A stretch of DNA of 64,000 nt from Octopus vulgaris (taxonomy: Eukaryota). The notes beneath the pieces were generated by a model. It saw only the letters and a list, made by a program, of their open reading frames with translations, did not search any database and was not told the origin of the DNA. Shown piece by piece: positions 29,081 to 42,406 of the stretch. The stretch spans positions 17,050,001 to 17,114,000 of the forward strand of contig OX597832.1 in the NCBI GenBank assembly GCA_951406725.2, given 5' to 3'. Position numbers and translations under genes: made by a program. How positions within the stretch are numbered: position 1 is the first letter of the stretch; every line of letters begins with the position of its first letter.

Positions 29081-29559
29081 GCGGCCGAAAGAAGAAGTAG
29101 AGGTTTCGTTCTTTTTGATCTTGTTATTGATACGGTCGACGTCTTTCGAGATATTGATTCTTAGAACTGTTGCCGTTGTTGTTTTATTTGTTATCTAATT
29201 AATGCTAAATACGATTCTATTTCTGTTGTCGGTCAGCTTTTTTGCTTTATTTTGAATCTGACACAGTTGCCGACTTTTTTTTTTTTGCTGTATCGTTTGA
29301 ATATATTCACTTTGAATGTTCATTCTGTTGATGATCGTCGTCATACGAATGTTTATGCTCACGTTAATTTTAAATCTCATTGCTTTGTTTTTTTTTCTTT
29401 TTTTGTGGGACTGTTTTATGATTATATTTACTGCTATTGGTGTTGCTGTTGTTTCTGTTGTTGCTACTGTTGTCCATTATTCATTAGAATTACGTCTGTC
29501 CTCTCATCTCATTTCATTTTCTTCGCCCACTTATTTCTAGACGTTTTAAGGTTCAGAGT

Positions 29560-29945
29560 CCACAATTAGACCTTCTATCGAGTCCTCTCAGAAGCAACAG
29601 CCTCCAATCAAACCGGCTGAATCCGCAAGCGACACCTACCATGCTCATGGATGTTACGCAACCAGCTTGCTTGTGGTCTGCCCCTGGATCTGCTGCCGGT
29701 TTTCCAGCGATTTTTTCCAAGGTAATCTTATCACATGTCTATAATATCGGATCTATAATCTCTCAATTCGGTGAAGTAGTTATCCTATCAGCAGCGCCTC
29801 TCTGATCTCCGAAATACATACTCCTTCGAAGTACAGTACTCCGAAAGCCCTCTAAAAAGCTGTTACCTTCTCCAGCCATGCCGACTCAGAAGGCTCAGTT
29901 TCCATAACGCATAAATTCCCAACCTGGACAGGTCACCGGTCCCTC
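29560..29945 (-). mobile_element. RTE-type LINE 3' remnant
   Basis: Minus strand GKNRWKTGSRSRGRPQASWLRNIHE resembles the RTE ORF C-terminal RGRP..W motif. Confidence 0.55.
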
Positions 29946-29949
29946 GCAG

Positions 29950-30215
29950 AATTACTCATTTTTGCCATCTGAGTGGACTGGAGCAACGTGAAATGAAGTG
30001 TTTTGCTCAAGACCACAACGCGTCAGCCTTTCCAGGAATCGAAACCACAATCTTACGATCATGAGTCCGACACTATAGCCACTAACCCACGCCCCTCCAC
30101 TAATAATAATGGGGTAACGAGAAATAAAGTGTCTTGCTGAAGGACACAACGCGCTGCTGGGAATTAAATTCACAAGCGTAATATCGCAAGCCGAATATAT
30201 ATAACTATATTAAAC
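29950..30215 (-). mobile_element. SINE family D heads (two)
   Basis: B-box GGTTTCGATTCC on the minus strand; shares its body with 11765-12070. Confidence 0.7.
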
Positions 30216-30229
30216 CGTGCACCTCCTCT

Positions 30230-31380
30230 TATTTTGTAAATTCTCAGGAAATTGTGTTGAATACCATCCTAGGATTTTGTCGTAAATAAAATATGTTAAA
30301 GCTTTAAAATGATATCTTAAGCTTTGGTAATGTTTAGTTCCTAGAATAGCGTCGAAAATCTTGTAAGGTGTCAGAACGGCGCCATAAATACTACCTTTGT
30401 AAACAAATTCTGTTAAGATCCTAGAATTGCGTTGTAAATAGATTCTCAAGGAGTTGTAGACAAATTGAGATAGTGTCCCCGTTCTAAGTAATTTCTTATT
30501 GTCTTAGAAAAGCATGCTGAACAAATTCATGTAGATTTCGGAAATGGCGTCGAAAATATATTCTCGTAGGTTCCAGGAATGCCTCCGAAAATATAATTAG
30601 GAAGGGCTCCTGAATGGCTTTTCAAATATAGTCAGTGTATGGAATAGCATGGAATATATACCCTCCTACGTTTTGACAATGTCATTGTATTTATATTGTC
30701 TTATAGCCACAGAGTTGTAGACCAAGTTCTCTTTTTTCATAAATTACTTTATAAAACTGTGGAGACACATGCGAGCAACGGACTCGCGGTCGAGGGATTA
30801 CGGGTTCGAATCTCAGACTGGGCGATGTATGTGTTTATGAGCGAAACACCTAAGCTCCACGCGGCTTCGGCAGAAGGTAATGCCGAACTTCTCCTGACCT
30901 GCGTCCCGTCCAGGTGGGGAGCCTATATGCCAAGGAAACCGGGAAACAGGCCCTTATGAGCCAGGCATAGCCTGAGAAGGAACAAACCAAAAACTTAATA
31001 AATCTATTATGGTCAGCACCTCTTGATGTTTTCGGTATACTGGAGAATGCCTGCAGAATACGGTTACAACTAGGTTATGGTGAGGTTCCTAGAAAGATGT
31101 TACAAATATATTTTGGTAGCGTCTTAGAACAGCGACATTAATACATTCTCATAGTTATCGTAAATAAATATTAGCAGATTTTGTACAGGCTGGGGGAATA
31201 CTCTCTCACGATACCATAAATTAATTCCCTGGTGACCTGGAATAATGCTAGTATCGTAGAATCAAACCGAATATAAAATTAGGTAGACTCTAAGAGGAAC
31301 GTCATACATACATTTTGATAGTGTTCTGTTCTTGATCGATGTCGTAAATAACTGATGATTTCTGAGAAATGCATTTGGAA
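30230..31380. repeat. Cryptic degenerate ~35-bp tandem repeat
   Basis: Approximate consensus AGGTTCCTAGAATAGCGTCGAAAATATATTCTCGT; AAATATA recurs at about 35-bp spacing near 30554, 30589 and 30624. Confidence 0.65.
30760..30990 (+). mobile_element. SINE with family-C-like head and a different tail
   Basis: GGACTCGCGGTCG...GGTTCGAATCTCAGAC...GAGCGAAACACCTAAGCTCCACG. Confidence 0.75.
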
Positions 31381-32653
31381 AAAAAAAAAACATGATATAT
31401 TGCAGACAAAAATAAACGGGTTGGAAATTTCAAGGAACTCGGGCTTTGTTGTACTACTGATGCGACTGGAAGCTTATTTCTACTAAAGCTAGGCGCTGAT
31501 ATCAAAACCGGCAAAAAAAATTTATTGACTATTAAACGATAATGAACTTAGTGAAGTAATGTGGCATGAGTTCGGAGCAACATTATGCATTTGGAAAGCA
31601 CTGTGATTTTTTTTCCGGTTTCTAGAATGGTACTTAAATACTTGTTTGAAGTGGAATTTCTCCAAAAACACGTTTACGCAGCGTACTAATTCGTTCCGCT
31701 TGTAGGACTTTCAGGTTGGTATCTGACATAACTTCCGCAATTTCTGCCATAATTTGATCGTCTTATGATATACAAACTTTGTTTATTTTCAGCGATAGCT
31801 ATTACCGTTTCGTGGATAATAACAGCATCCAAATATTTTTGCCGTTATCCTTCACTACAACTGCAAACACCGTTATAACATAACATCATTTCTGAAGTGA
31901 TCCCTTGATAGCTCTGTTGACTGCGTTGTTTTAGTTGATATGATAAATCAAAAATGTATATATGATCACATCTTGCTTCTGGATTTTCAGAACAAATTAA
32001 ATTTGTACATAATCAATGAAACACTCGACCGTTTATTTTATTGACGTTGGCATATACACACTGTTTCTGTTATAAAATGTATTTAGTATCAGTTACTTCT
32101 GAGGATGTAAAAGCTAAAACTGAATTATGAGCTTTAATCTTAGATCTGAAGTAGATACGCTGTAGATTAGTTAAAGCTAAAAGTTCTTTTAGGCCTGGCG
32201 TGTATCGGGAATAGCGGATAATACCACCTGTCCATTACTACAACATAAATTAAACGCAGGATTTCTTTTTCAGTTGCTTCAAATCCTTTCCGCTTTTGTC
32301 TTGTATATCTTACAAGAAAAATATTCACGCTTTTGTCTTTGGAATTTCATAAGAAAAATGTTGAAGCTTTTATCTTCAGAGTTTCATAAGAAAAGACGAG
32401 ATAAAGTCCACTTCTTTGTATCTATGTGCGTAGTGTGGTTCATGTGTATTTATATATGTATAATGCAAATGCCTGTGTGTTTTTGATCTTCTGCTCTCAT
32501 ATCTATATACGTAAGTGTTTTATTGTATATTTATTGTTGTATGTAAATTTGTGTATTTTCACATTACGAAATATATATATACATATATATATATATATGT
32601 ATATATATGCATGTATCTATGTATTTATGCATGTATGTATGTATATATGTATG

Positions 32654-32704
<51 letters not shown>

Positions 32705-32904
32705 GTATATATGTATGCATGTATATATGAATGTATATGCATATATATATATATATATATATGTATGCATGTATGTATGTATATATGTATGTATGTATGT
32801 ATATATGTATGTATATGTATATATGTATGCATGTATGTATGTATATATGTATGTATATATGTATGTATATATGTATGCATGTATATATGTGTTGATGTAT
32901 GTAT

Positions 32905-32951
<47 letters not shown>

Positions 32952-33030
32952 CATGTATGTATGTGTGTATAATGTATATATGAATATAAGTATGTATATT
33001 TATATATATATGTATGTATATATGTATATA

Positions 33031-33081
<51 letters not shown>

Positions 33082-33456
33082 TATATGTCTGTATGTCTCT
33101 TTGTATGTATGTATGTTTGTATGTATGTATGCAAATGTGTGTCTTTCGGATTATATGTTAGTATATTAGGATGTCTTTCTGTGTCTCTGTGTGTCTCTAT
33201 AATAGCGATTTACTTCGTAAGTTCGTCTTCTGAAGTGTGTCTCGTGTGTCTCATGTGTCTGCGTGGTATGTACATACATGTGCGTTTGACTACGTGTATA
33301 TATGCATTTATATATTTCTGTATACATTTTTTTAGAGTATATCACATGTGTGCTTTGGATACAGCAATAAACTGAGTAAGCATGTGATTGGAATTCTACG
33401 TGGGTATATAATACTGCGAGTGTGTATGTACGTGTTACGTGTGTGGCTTCTTATTC

Positions 33457-33506
<50 letters not shown>

Positions 33507-33619
33507 TATATACATATATATATACATACATATATATATATACAAACACATATATATATATATACATACATACATATATATACACACATATATACACACA
33601 CACACATATATATATACAT

Positions 33620-33650
<31 letters not shown>

Positions 33651-33681
33651 CACACATATATATATATATATATGTATATAC

Positions 33682-33714
<33 letters not shown>

Positions 33715-33745
33715 CACACACACATATATATATATATGTATATAC

Positions 33746-33811
<66 letters not shown>

Positions 33812-34099
33812 GTGTGTGCATATAGGTTTCATTAAAAAGAAAAGCAGAAAAGCCAACAGTCTCCCTTTATGTTCTTTATTTCTTTATATTTTCTTTATTT
33901 ATTTATGTATTTCAATTATTTGTTTAATTTTATGTTTGTTTATTTATTTTATTTATGTATTTTTTATTTAATCATTTTATTTGTTTATTTAAGTATCCGT
34001 TTATTTATTTACTTATTTATTTATTTTTGTGAACCAATTGAAGCTTCGGGCTAAAAATGGTTAAAAAGTAGATACAAATTAATGAGAAGTTAATACCAA

Positions 34100-34480
34100 A
34101 GTTGAAATAAAAGATAATGGATGCTGAAAACAGAAGAAGAAAAAACGAGTGTGAATGATAGAAAAATGAGTGAGAGAAAGAGAAGGTAAGACTGTATGCG
34201 TGAATGAGAAATGGGGGAGAGATAGAGAGTAAAGGAATTGGAGAGATATACAGGGAGGGTGAAAGAGAGTAAAAGAACAGGAGAGAGACTTAGAGAGAGG
34301 GGAAAAGGGGGACAGAGAGATAAAGAGAGATACAACGAATGGATTATATAGTGTTACATACAGTCTGAGGCAAAGAGAGAGACAGCGGTTAGAAAGAAGA
34401 AGGTGGAGGTGGAGTGATTGGGAGGAAATGTAGCATTGGTCAGAAAGATAAAGAGGGAGAAAGTATGACAGTGAGAGAAA

Positions 34481-34527
<47 letters not shown>

Positions 34528-34618
34528 GAAGATTGAAGGAGAAAGGAAACTATGCGTAGAGAAAAGGACAGATAAAGAAATTAAAGACTAAGAAAGTGGG
34601 TAATAATAATAATAATAA

Positions 34619-34649
<31 letters not shown>

Positions 34650-36050
34650 AAGAAGAAGAAGAAGATGAAGAAGAAGAAGGTGAGGGTGAAGGTGAAGAAG
34701 AAGAAGAATAAGACAAAGAAGAAGTTGAAGAAGAAGAAGAAGAAGACAAAGAAGAAGAAGAAGAAGAAGAAGAAGAAGAAGAAGAAGACGACGACGACGA
34801 AGAAGAAGAAGAAGAAGAAGAAGAAGAAGAAGAAGAAGAAGAAGAAGAAGAAGAAGAAGAAGGTGAAGGTGAAGGAGAAAAGGGTAGATAGGTTATAGAA
34901 TGGAGGGAAAAACGAGATAAAGAGGCGAGAAAAATTAAATGAAGAGAGAGGGAGTAAGAAAGTGAAGTAGAAGAAGTTAATGAAGACAGAGACAGAAAGA
35001 AAATAGAGAGAAAAAGAAAATAAGTGAAAATAAGTAAAAACGAGGGGAATGTACGGAGGATGGAAACTATGTGGGAAGCTGTAAAAATTTTGAGATTAAA
35101 ACAAAATGGCGCCGAGAGAGAGAGACAGAGAGAGTAAGAAAAAGAGAGGGTTGGAGCTATAATGAAAATCTTATTCAGTTTAGCAGAGACAGTAAGAAAT
35201 AGAATGATAAAATAAAAAGAAAAGCGAGGGAAAGAAGAAAGGGGAGATAAATGCTAATAGTGAAGAGGTAAGAGTTTATGACAGAGAAAGAGCCAGATAA
35301 ATACATGTAAAGAAAGCGAGTTAGAGAGAAAGCGAGGAGGGTTTTAAGTGCAAAAAGGAAAGGTGGATGTGAGAGAGATGCAGAAGGAGAGACAAAGACA
35401 AACGAAGTCAAATACATAGGTGAAAGAATGTTGGGGAGATTGAGGGTGATAGAGAGATAGAGAAAATAAAAGAGAGAGATGGAAGGACAGAGAGAGATGT
35501 ACAAAGTTACAGAGAGAGAGAGGGAGACAAATAGAGTAATAGACGGATTAAGAGAGCCATATAGGAAGAAAATGGTGTGGAGGAGACTGGGAGATATATA
35601 AGGGCAGAGAAAGGAAGAGAAAGTGGAGGAGAGAGGGAGATTTGAAACAGAAATAGTATGATATAGGAAGAATGAAATTGCGACAAAATGGGAGAAAAAG
35701 AAGAATGAGAAAGACAATATGAAAGTATCACTAACAAAGACAGAGAAAAAGAGGAAGAATAGGGGCAGCGAGAGAGAAGGGAGAGAGAGAGAAGGGAGAG
35801 AAAAGTACGTGAGAAAAGACAGTGAGGGGGAGAGATGAAAGATTGAAAGAGAGATACAGAGCGAGCGAGTGAGAGAGAAAGAGAGAGACAGAGAATAGGT
35901 GAGGTTGAATTATTAAAAAAAGAGTGATAGATTGAGAGAATGAGAATGAAAGAATGAAGAGAACGAAAAATGCAAGGTATAAAAGAGTAAAGTCGCGGAT
36001 GAGAGAGAGAGAGAGACATGTAAAGAACGTAACAACGGAGTCAGACAAAG
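34100..36050 (+). repeat. ~2-kb purine-rich (GA/GAA) low-complexity tract
   Basis: Strong strand asymmetry; (GAA)n at 34620-34875. Confidence 0.9.
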
Positions 36051-37369
36051 AATAGAAAATTAGCAACGATAAAACTAAAATAAAAGACTATTCTACAAAA
36101 AAAAAACACTTCAAGTAGAAACACTATAATGGTATTTTAAAGCTATCATTTCCATTGAGCCAACCCACTTTCAGACAAATAAACAAACGAGTATATAAAA
36201 TAAATAACTACTAAATAAATAAATAGAGGTAGTGCTTATGTTCATATATGTGTGTTTATCTATGTATGTTTGTATATGTATTTGTATGTTTGTGTGTGTA
36301 TGTCTAAGTGTTCGAATATGTGACTGTATTTGTGTATGTGAGCTTGGCGGGTTTTTTACTAGTATATTCTTTCAAGTATTAAAAATAAAAAAAAATTAAA
36401 AACATACTTAGCGTTTTAGCTATCGTCTGCAAAATTCTTTTTTCTAATACTTATTACTAAGTCTAGCAGAGGCACAAGGCCATGTTGCTTTTCTGTTTTT
36501 TTTTCTTTTTTTTCAGTTGAACAGTGGTACAAATCCAGTTAGATATAGTCAAACCTGATGCAAGTCTAACATTTATTCCAAAGACCACGGCATGATCTGA
36601 ACTAAGAGAATAAGAAAACCATTATTAATAATAATAATAATGTATCAAAAATGAGCGGTCAATAAGGAGAAACAATCACTTTGCTGTTGCTGTCACGGTG
36701 GAGATGGTCGCCTTATTACTTAAAATTTGAAATATAAATATTCAGCTAAATCTGGTGAATATTTAGACGCTTTGGTTATTTACATTTCCGTTAGGACATA
36801 GATTTTGATGGCAGTTATAATCGGTTAAAGTATTTAACACGTACATTAGTCGTCAAACAACGAAAGACTGGAATGTTGATGGTGACCTCCAGATGATTTG
36901 CATCAAGAATGAGGGAGGAAAAAATACCTAAGTACAACTAATTTGTCAGTGAACTACACATTTTGATAAGATCGTATTTCGCGTGACTAAGAGGGTACTG
37001 ACATTTCGAGCTAAACATTTAAGTAAAACAAAAATAATTTTAGAATCTGTCATATTCCTACTTCAGTCGAACAGCATTTTTTCTGATATAACATCTATTG
37101 TTCATAATTACTGACACTTCAAGTAACACACACATCAAGAAAGAAAGCGGACAGAAAATTCATAGCCTGATCGACAATTAGGTAATATATATATTTATAT
37201 ATACTCTTTTATTTTTGTTTGCATTTTGACAAGATTATCGCATGCAAAAAATTATTTATCAGATGGTTGTTTCACAATTATTGACATTTAAATTTTACAT
37301 ATACGTGTGTTTGCATAAGTGAGTGCGTACCTGTGCAAAAAAATTTAATATTGATTTCAAATCTTAGCA

Positions 37370-39280
37370 TAAGGCTAGCAATTTCGAGGCAAAGTGCAAT
37401 TCGACTCCATCGTCCCCAGTGGCAAACTGGTATTTATTTCATCAAAGGATGAAAGTGGAGTTCAGCCGCTAAATATTTTGCCCGGCGTGCTAACGATTCT
37501 GGCAGCTCAGGAAAATTTAGTATTTGTTTCATATCGCAGCACAAGGTCAGCAATTTCGAGTGAAGGGGCTATTCAATTACATCGAGCATAGTGCTCTTCT
37601 GGTACTTATTTCATCGACCCGGAAAAGATGTAACGTGAAGATGACCTCGGCGGAATTGAAACTACGGATGAAACACTGCTAAATATTTTTCCCGGTGAGC
37701 TATGAATTCTGCCAGTTCAAGAACATTTAATATTTACCGATATTTAACAATGTTCTTTACTCTTACAAAACATGAATCATACAAGTAAATAAATTCTGAG
37801 TTCAAATTCCGCCGAGGTCGACTTTGCCTTTCATCCTTTCTGGGTAGATTAAATAAGTACCAGTTATCACTAGGGTCGATGTAATCGACTTAATCCGTTT
37901 GTCTGTCCTTGTTTGCCCTCTCGGTGTTTAGCTCCTTGTGGATAGTACAGAAATAGTTATTTCGTCTGCCGTTGCGTTCTGAGTTCAAATTCCGCCGAGG
38001 TCGACTTTGCCTTTTATCCTTTCGGGGTCGATTAATTAAATACCATTTACGCACTGAGGTCGATGTAATCGACTTAATCCCTTTGTCTGTCCTTGTTTGT
38101 CCCCTCTATGTTTAACCCCTTGTGGGCAATAAAGAAATATGAGACGTCAGCACGACGGGCGAAATGCTTATCGGTATTTCATCTGTCGTTACGCTCTGAG
38201 TTCAAATTCTGCCGCGATTAACATTGCCTTTCATCCTTTCGGGTTCGATAAATTAAGTACCAGTTGCATGGTGAGGTTCGATGTAATCGACTGGCCCCCT
38301 CCCGCCAAAATTTTGAGCCTTGTGCCAAGAGTAGAAACGAATATAAGTAAATAAATAAATATGTGCGTCCGTGTGTGTGTGTGTTGATAATATAGATTTT
38401 AAAGAGATAGTCGAACAACTGAAATATAGTATTGCGAAAAGCTGACTGATATTTTAGTATTCGGACGTGGTACTCTCCTGTTACGCTTTCTTAAAAGGTA
38501 CGATGATTATATATATTGATTTCTTTAACAATGTACAAAATAGTTCTGAGTCTTTTTTTCTTGAATTCATTCCAAGTCAGCGGGTAATAAGCATGTTGGG
38601 GTACCATGATCTGTATAATTGTGAAAGTATTGATTTGATTTTTTTTTTATCCAGTCAGCACTGTGAATTAGAGAGAAAGACTAAAATCGATTGATTCATT
38701 ATCCATTCCATTTATTTCTTTTTGTTTGTTTTTCGCTTTATTTTATCGAAATCTAAGGGTTGAAAACTTAAATGTCGGCAAGCATGAGATTTGAACTCAG
38801 AATTTAGGCAATATATGTAAATATTCTAAAACCTCTGTCTTCCAAATTTTGATATTCATGTCCATTGAAGGCGATGAGGTGGCAGAATCGTTAGCATGCC
38901 GGACAAATTCTTTAGCAGCATTTCATCTATCGCTGTGTTCTGAGTTCAAATTCCGCCGAGGTCGTATTTGTCTGATTACTGGGGTCAGTTTAATCGACTT
39001 ATCCCTCCCCTAAAATTGCTGGCGTTGTGCTAAAATTTGAAATCAATATTCATATCCAAATACATAAGGCGGTCAGCTGGCAGGATCGTTAGCACTCCGG
39101 GAAAAATGCTTATCGGTATTTCGTCTGTCTTTATGTTCTGTGTTCAAATTCTGCTAAGGTCGGCATCATTTTTCATCCTTTCGAAGTCGATAAAATAAGT
39201 ACCAGTTACGCCCTGGGATCGATGTAATCGATTGACCCCTTCCATCGAAGTTGTTTGTGTTGTGCCAAAATTTGAAACCA
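37370..39280. mobile_element. Cluster of SINE family A copies (minus 37370-37720; plus array 37795-38345; plus 38869-39280)
   Basis: Repeated GAGTTCAAATTCCGCCGAGGTCGACTTTGCCTTTCATCC motif. Confidence 0.85.
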
Positions 39281-39320
39281 ATGTTCATGTCCAGTTCTAT
39301 ATTTAAGATACAAGGAATTC

Positions 39321-39497
39321 TGTACATTATTTACATTATTTACATTCGACGTATATTTGTTATTATCTTGTTTGATGTTAACACAACGTTTCGGCTGATA
39401 TACCCGCCAGCCTTCTTCGGGTATCTTGCCGGAAATTTCGAACCTGGGTTCTCATTCCTAAGGTATTTTTTCGATGATGTTGTTGTTGTTGTTGTTG

Positions 39498-39537
<40 letters not shown>

Positions 39538-39813
39538 GATTATTATAACAAACATTGTCACTGCTTAACCACGGGCAAAAAGCGTATGGGGTTAAGCGCG
39601 CGGGCTACTAATCCCAAGATCCGAGTTCGATTCCCAGCAGTGACCTGAACACTAATAATAATAATAATAATAATAATAACATCGAAAAAATAACTTAGGA
39701 ATGAGAACCCAGGTTCGAAATTTCCCCAAGACACCTGATGAAGGCTGGAGGGTATATCAGCAGAAACGTTGTGTAAACAACAAACAATACCCGTCGAATG
39801 TAAATAATGTACA
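39321..39813. mobile_element. Head-to-head pair of an element with tRNA-like head + (TAA)n + HHR tail
   Basis: Inverted arms at about 39332-39475 / 39680-39811; tRNA-like head 39570-39645 (B-box 39623-39634); HHRs at 39381-39424 (-) and 39731-39774 (+). Confidence 0.85.
39731..39774 (+). ncRNA. Minimal type I hammerhead ribozyme
   Basis: ACAC-CTGATGA-A-GGCTG(10 nt)CAGCA-GAAA-CG-TT-GTGT; the sister copy has CAGCC, restoring stem II. Confidence 0.75.
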
Positions 39814-40018
39814 CTATTCATGTGTTATGCTATATATCAGTGTGCGCGCACGAGCATGTCTCTCTCTCTCTCTCTCTCTCTCTCGTTTCTCTCTGTCTCT
39901 CTCTCTCCTTCTCTCCCTACGTATATTTGTATGTACGCATATGCACACGGCATGATATGCAGTTACCTTTAATTATGTTCGCCACTTGATTGCTATTCAT
40001 GCACATAAGAAACTTACG

Positions 40019-40303
40019 TGCGTAATCTGATCAATAAATATCCGGATAGTTGCCATAGTAACATAGCTAAACCACGCAGAATGAAGCCGCTTGGAACAGG
40101 ATGATCTTCACCATGCAATGATCACACGCTACACGCCTTTCTTCCAAGCCCTGCTGTAAACAGCGGAAGTGAGCTAGAACGTTAAGACTTAGTGAGCATA
40201 CACAGCAGAGATCAAGGTCAATCTGTAACAAGCAGCTTTACACTGTGTGTTTTAGCTTCGTTACTATGGCAACAGTCCTGATACTTATTGATCAGACCTC
40301 GCA
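40019..40303. mobile_element. Mariner-type MITE with ~60-bp TIRs
   Basis: TCTGATCAATAA.TATC.GGA..GTTGCCATAGTAAC present in inverted orientation at both ends. Confidence 0.8.
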
Positions 40304-40362
40304 TTTTGTGATCTTAAAGAAATCATGTTATTTTTCTTCGACAGATTATTACAATTAAAACA

Positions 40363-40459
40363 ATGCGAAACCAGTTTTTTCCATTTCTTTGGGTTTTATT
40401 GATGATATACGGTCCATTTCCATGTTGCACCACGCCAGACCCACAACGGAATTTTTCAG
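40363..40459 (+). CDS. Candidate first coding exon of a secreted or membrane protein (exon 40345-40459; MRNQFFPFLWVLLMIYGPFPCCTTPDPQRNFS, then phase-1 intron)
   Basis: Acceptor TTTTTCTTCGACAG at 40344, AAAACAATG start context, hydrophobic signal-peptide-like stretch, perfect donor CAG|GTAAGT. Confidence 0.6.
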
Positions 40460-40699
40460 GTAAGTGACAAAATTCATATCTTCTCCAAAGGTTGACAACC
40501 ATCAAATTTCAATGATGCATGAAAATAGTGTGAGTTATGCTAATTTAAAATTCAATTATTCGATCTCCCTCTCGATGTGGCTGTGCTGTGCTGCAATGGC
40601 CAGATTTTCCGTCTATAGAACAAAGCCATTTATACACATACACTGGCACTCACAAACACACACACGATGTGCATATTCATATAGGTCCCTCTCTGTCTT

Positions 40700-40730
<31 letters not shown>

Positions 40731-40731
40731 G

Positions 40732-40790
<59 letters not shown>

Positions 40791-40854
40791 TTAGGGAATA
40801 AATCCAAACTTACAGGGAAAAATCAGATTTAGGATTGAATCCAATTTTATAGTA

Positions 40855-41180
40855 AAATATTATATTATATTAAATTAGAGATAAAACCACTATTAGGCAA
40901 ATCAAACAATGAAAGACGTAAGTCAATACATATGATTAATTTATATTATTTAAATATGTAACAAACTTATCAAAAAATATAATTAATATCCCACTACGAT
41001 CGTTTCCTGCCTGCCGTCTTCAAATTTTTGAGTCGCAGTCATTCATCAGGTGGTTTAAATATTTTCTTGGCGAGGTTTAAACAATATTTAAATAATATAA
41101 ATTAATCATATGTATTGGCTTAAGTCTTTCATTGTTTGATTTGCCTAATAGTGGTTTTATCTCTAATTTAATATAATATA
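40855..41180. mobile_element. Foldback element with ~95-bp inverted arms and an HHR in the spacer
   Basis: Arms at about 40860-40957 / 41083-41180 (ATTAAATTAGAGATAAAACCACTATTAGGCAAATCAAACAATGAAAGAC). Confidence 0.88.
40991..41053 (-). ncRNA. Type I hammerhead ribozyme with long stem II
   Basis: CCAC-CTGATGA-ATGACTGC...GCAGGCAG-GAAA-CGATCG-TA-GTGG; palindromic stem III ACGATCGT; two stem II mismatches. Confidence 0.8.
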
Positions 41181-41190
41181 TATATATATA

Positions 41191-41475
41191 TACTAAGTAA
41201 TTAAGGGTTTAGCAACGAATTGCCTCACCAACACACCGAATTTAGAAACGAGATCAACTTGATCTCGAAACGTACGTCCGTAGGTAACTTAAAATTGCAT
41301 GATAGATTGCCGTCATTTCATTCTTTCTTTCTTACCTGTCTGTGTTTGCCTTTCAAGTGCTGTGTTTTTACTGAGATCCCCTTTTAGTAGAAGGAATAGC
41401 TATATCTCTTTGACTGCTATTTCTAAATTCGAGTGTTGTGAGGCAATTCGTTGCTAAACCCTTAATTACTTAGTA
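41191..41475. mobile_element. Foldback element with ~57-bp arms and a 5'-truncated HHR (41250-41284, +)
   Basis: Arms 41191-41248 / 41420-41475; GAGATCAA C TTGATCTC-GAAA-CGTACG-TC-CGTAGG. Confidence 0.8.
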
Positions 41476-41552
41476 TTACTTAAATTTTCCTCGAATGGGG
41501 CTTTTACATGCCGAAATCTACTTGGTGTAATTGATAATTATAATTAATTATT

Positions 41553-41734
<182 letters not shown>

Positions 41735-41735
41735 T

Positions 41736-41890
41736 CCATGATAAATCGTTAGCCACTAAATTTTGTTTATTTTCTCCCACCCCTCTCTGTTTATTTCTGT
41801 GTTTCTTTCTGTTGAAGAGCGTAGGCTCGAAACGTAAAAAACTTTCTCACTTCCCGAGCGTTAAACTAATACATCTGTTTGCTGTTTACA
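41736..41890 (+). mobile_element. HHR-bearing repeat family F (HHR variant at 41804-41841)
   Basis: TCTTT-CTGTTGA-A-GAGC GTAG GCTC-GAAA-CG-TA-AAAAA. Confidence 0.75.
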
Positions 41891-41899
41891 CATCCGTCA

Positions 41900-41998
41900 T
41901 TCGAATCTAGCCAGTGGTTCTTGAGATTTCTTGTCCACCGATAAACAAACAAAAGCGACTGAAACAATACCACCGCCTTAGCGAAGGCGGAGGTAATA
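41900..41998 (+). mobile_element. Possible Helentron-type non-autonomous element end
   Basis: AAACAATACCACCGCCTTAGCGAAGGCGGAGGTAAT terminal GC hairpin. Confidence 0.45.
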
Positions 41999-42343
41999 AG
42001 CGAGCAGAACACACAAGTCTGGCAGCCGTGAGTTTTGCACCATAAAGAAATTAAATCCTAACCTAAAGTAATCGCCTTTGAAGTTGTAGATCACACGTCA
42101 ACGTAGAACTCGCTAGTGTTTGCCATTTGCGCATGTGAATACGTATATGTTACGGAAGCATGTGGGGTTGTGTCTGCATGTGAATATCGGTTGTACGTGA
42201 ATATATACATTTCCGTATTAATATGTGTATATGTGAATATGTGCGTGCTTATCTACGTGAATGATGTGTTGGTATATACATCTGGAGTGAGGGTCAATGT
42301 GCGTGTGAGCGCAGCGAGTGCATGCTGTAATGAATACGCACAC

Positions 42344-42384
<41 letters not shown>

Positions 42385-42406
42385 ATGTGTGTGTGTGTGT
42401 GTGTGT

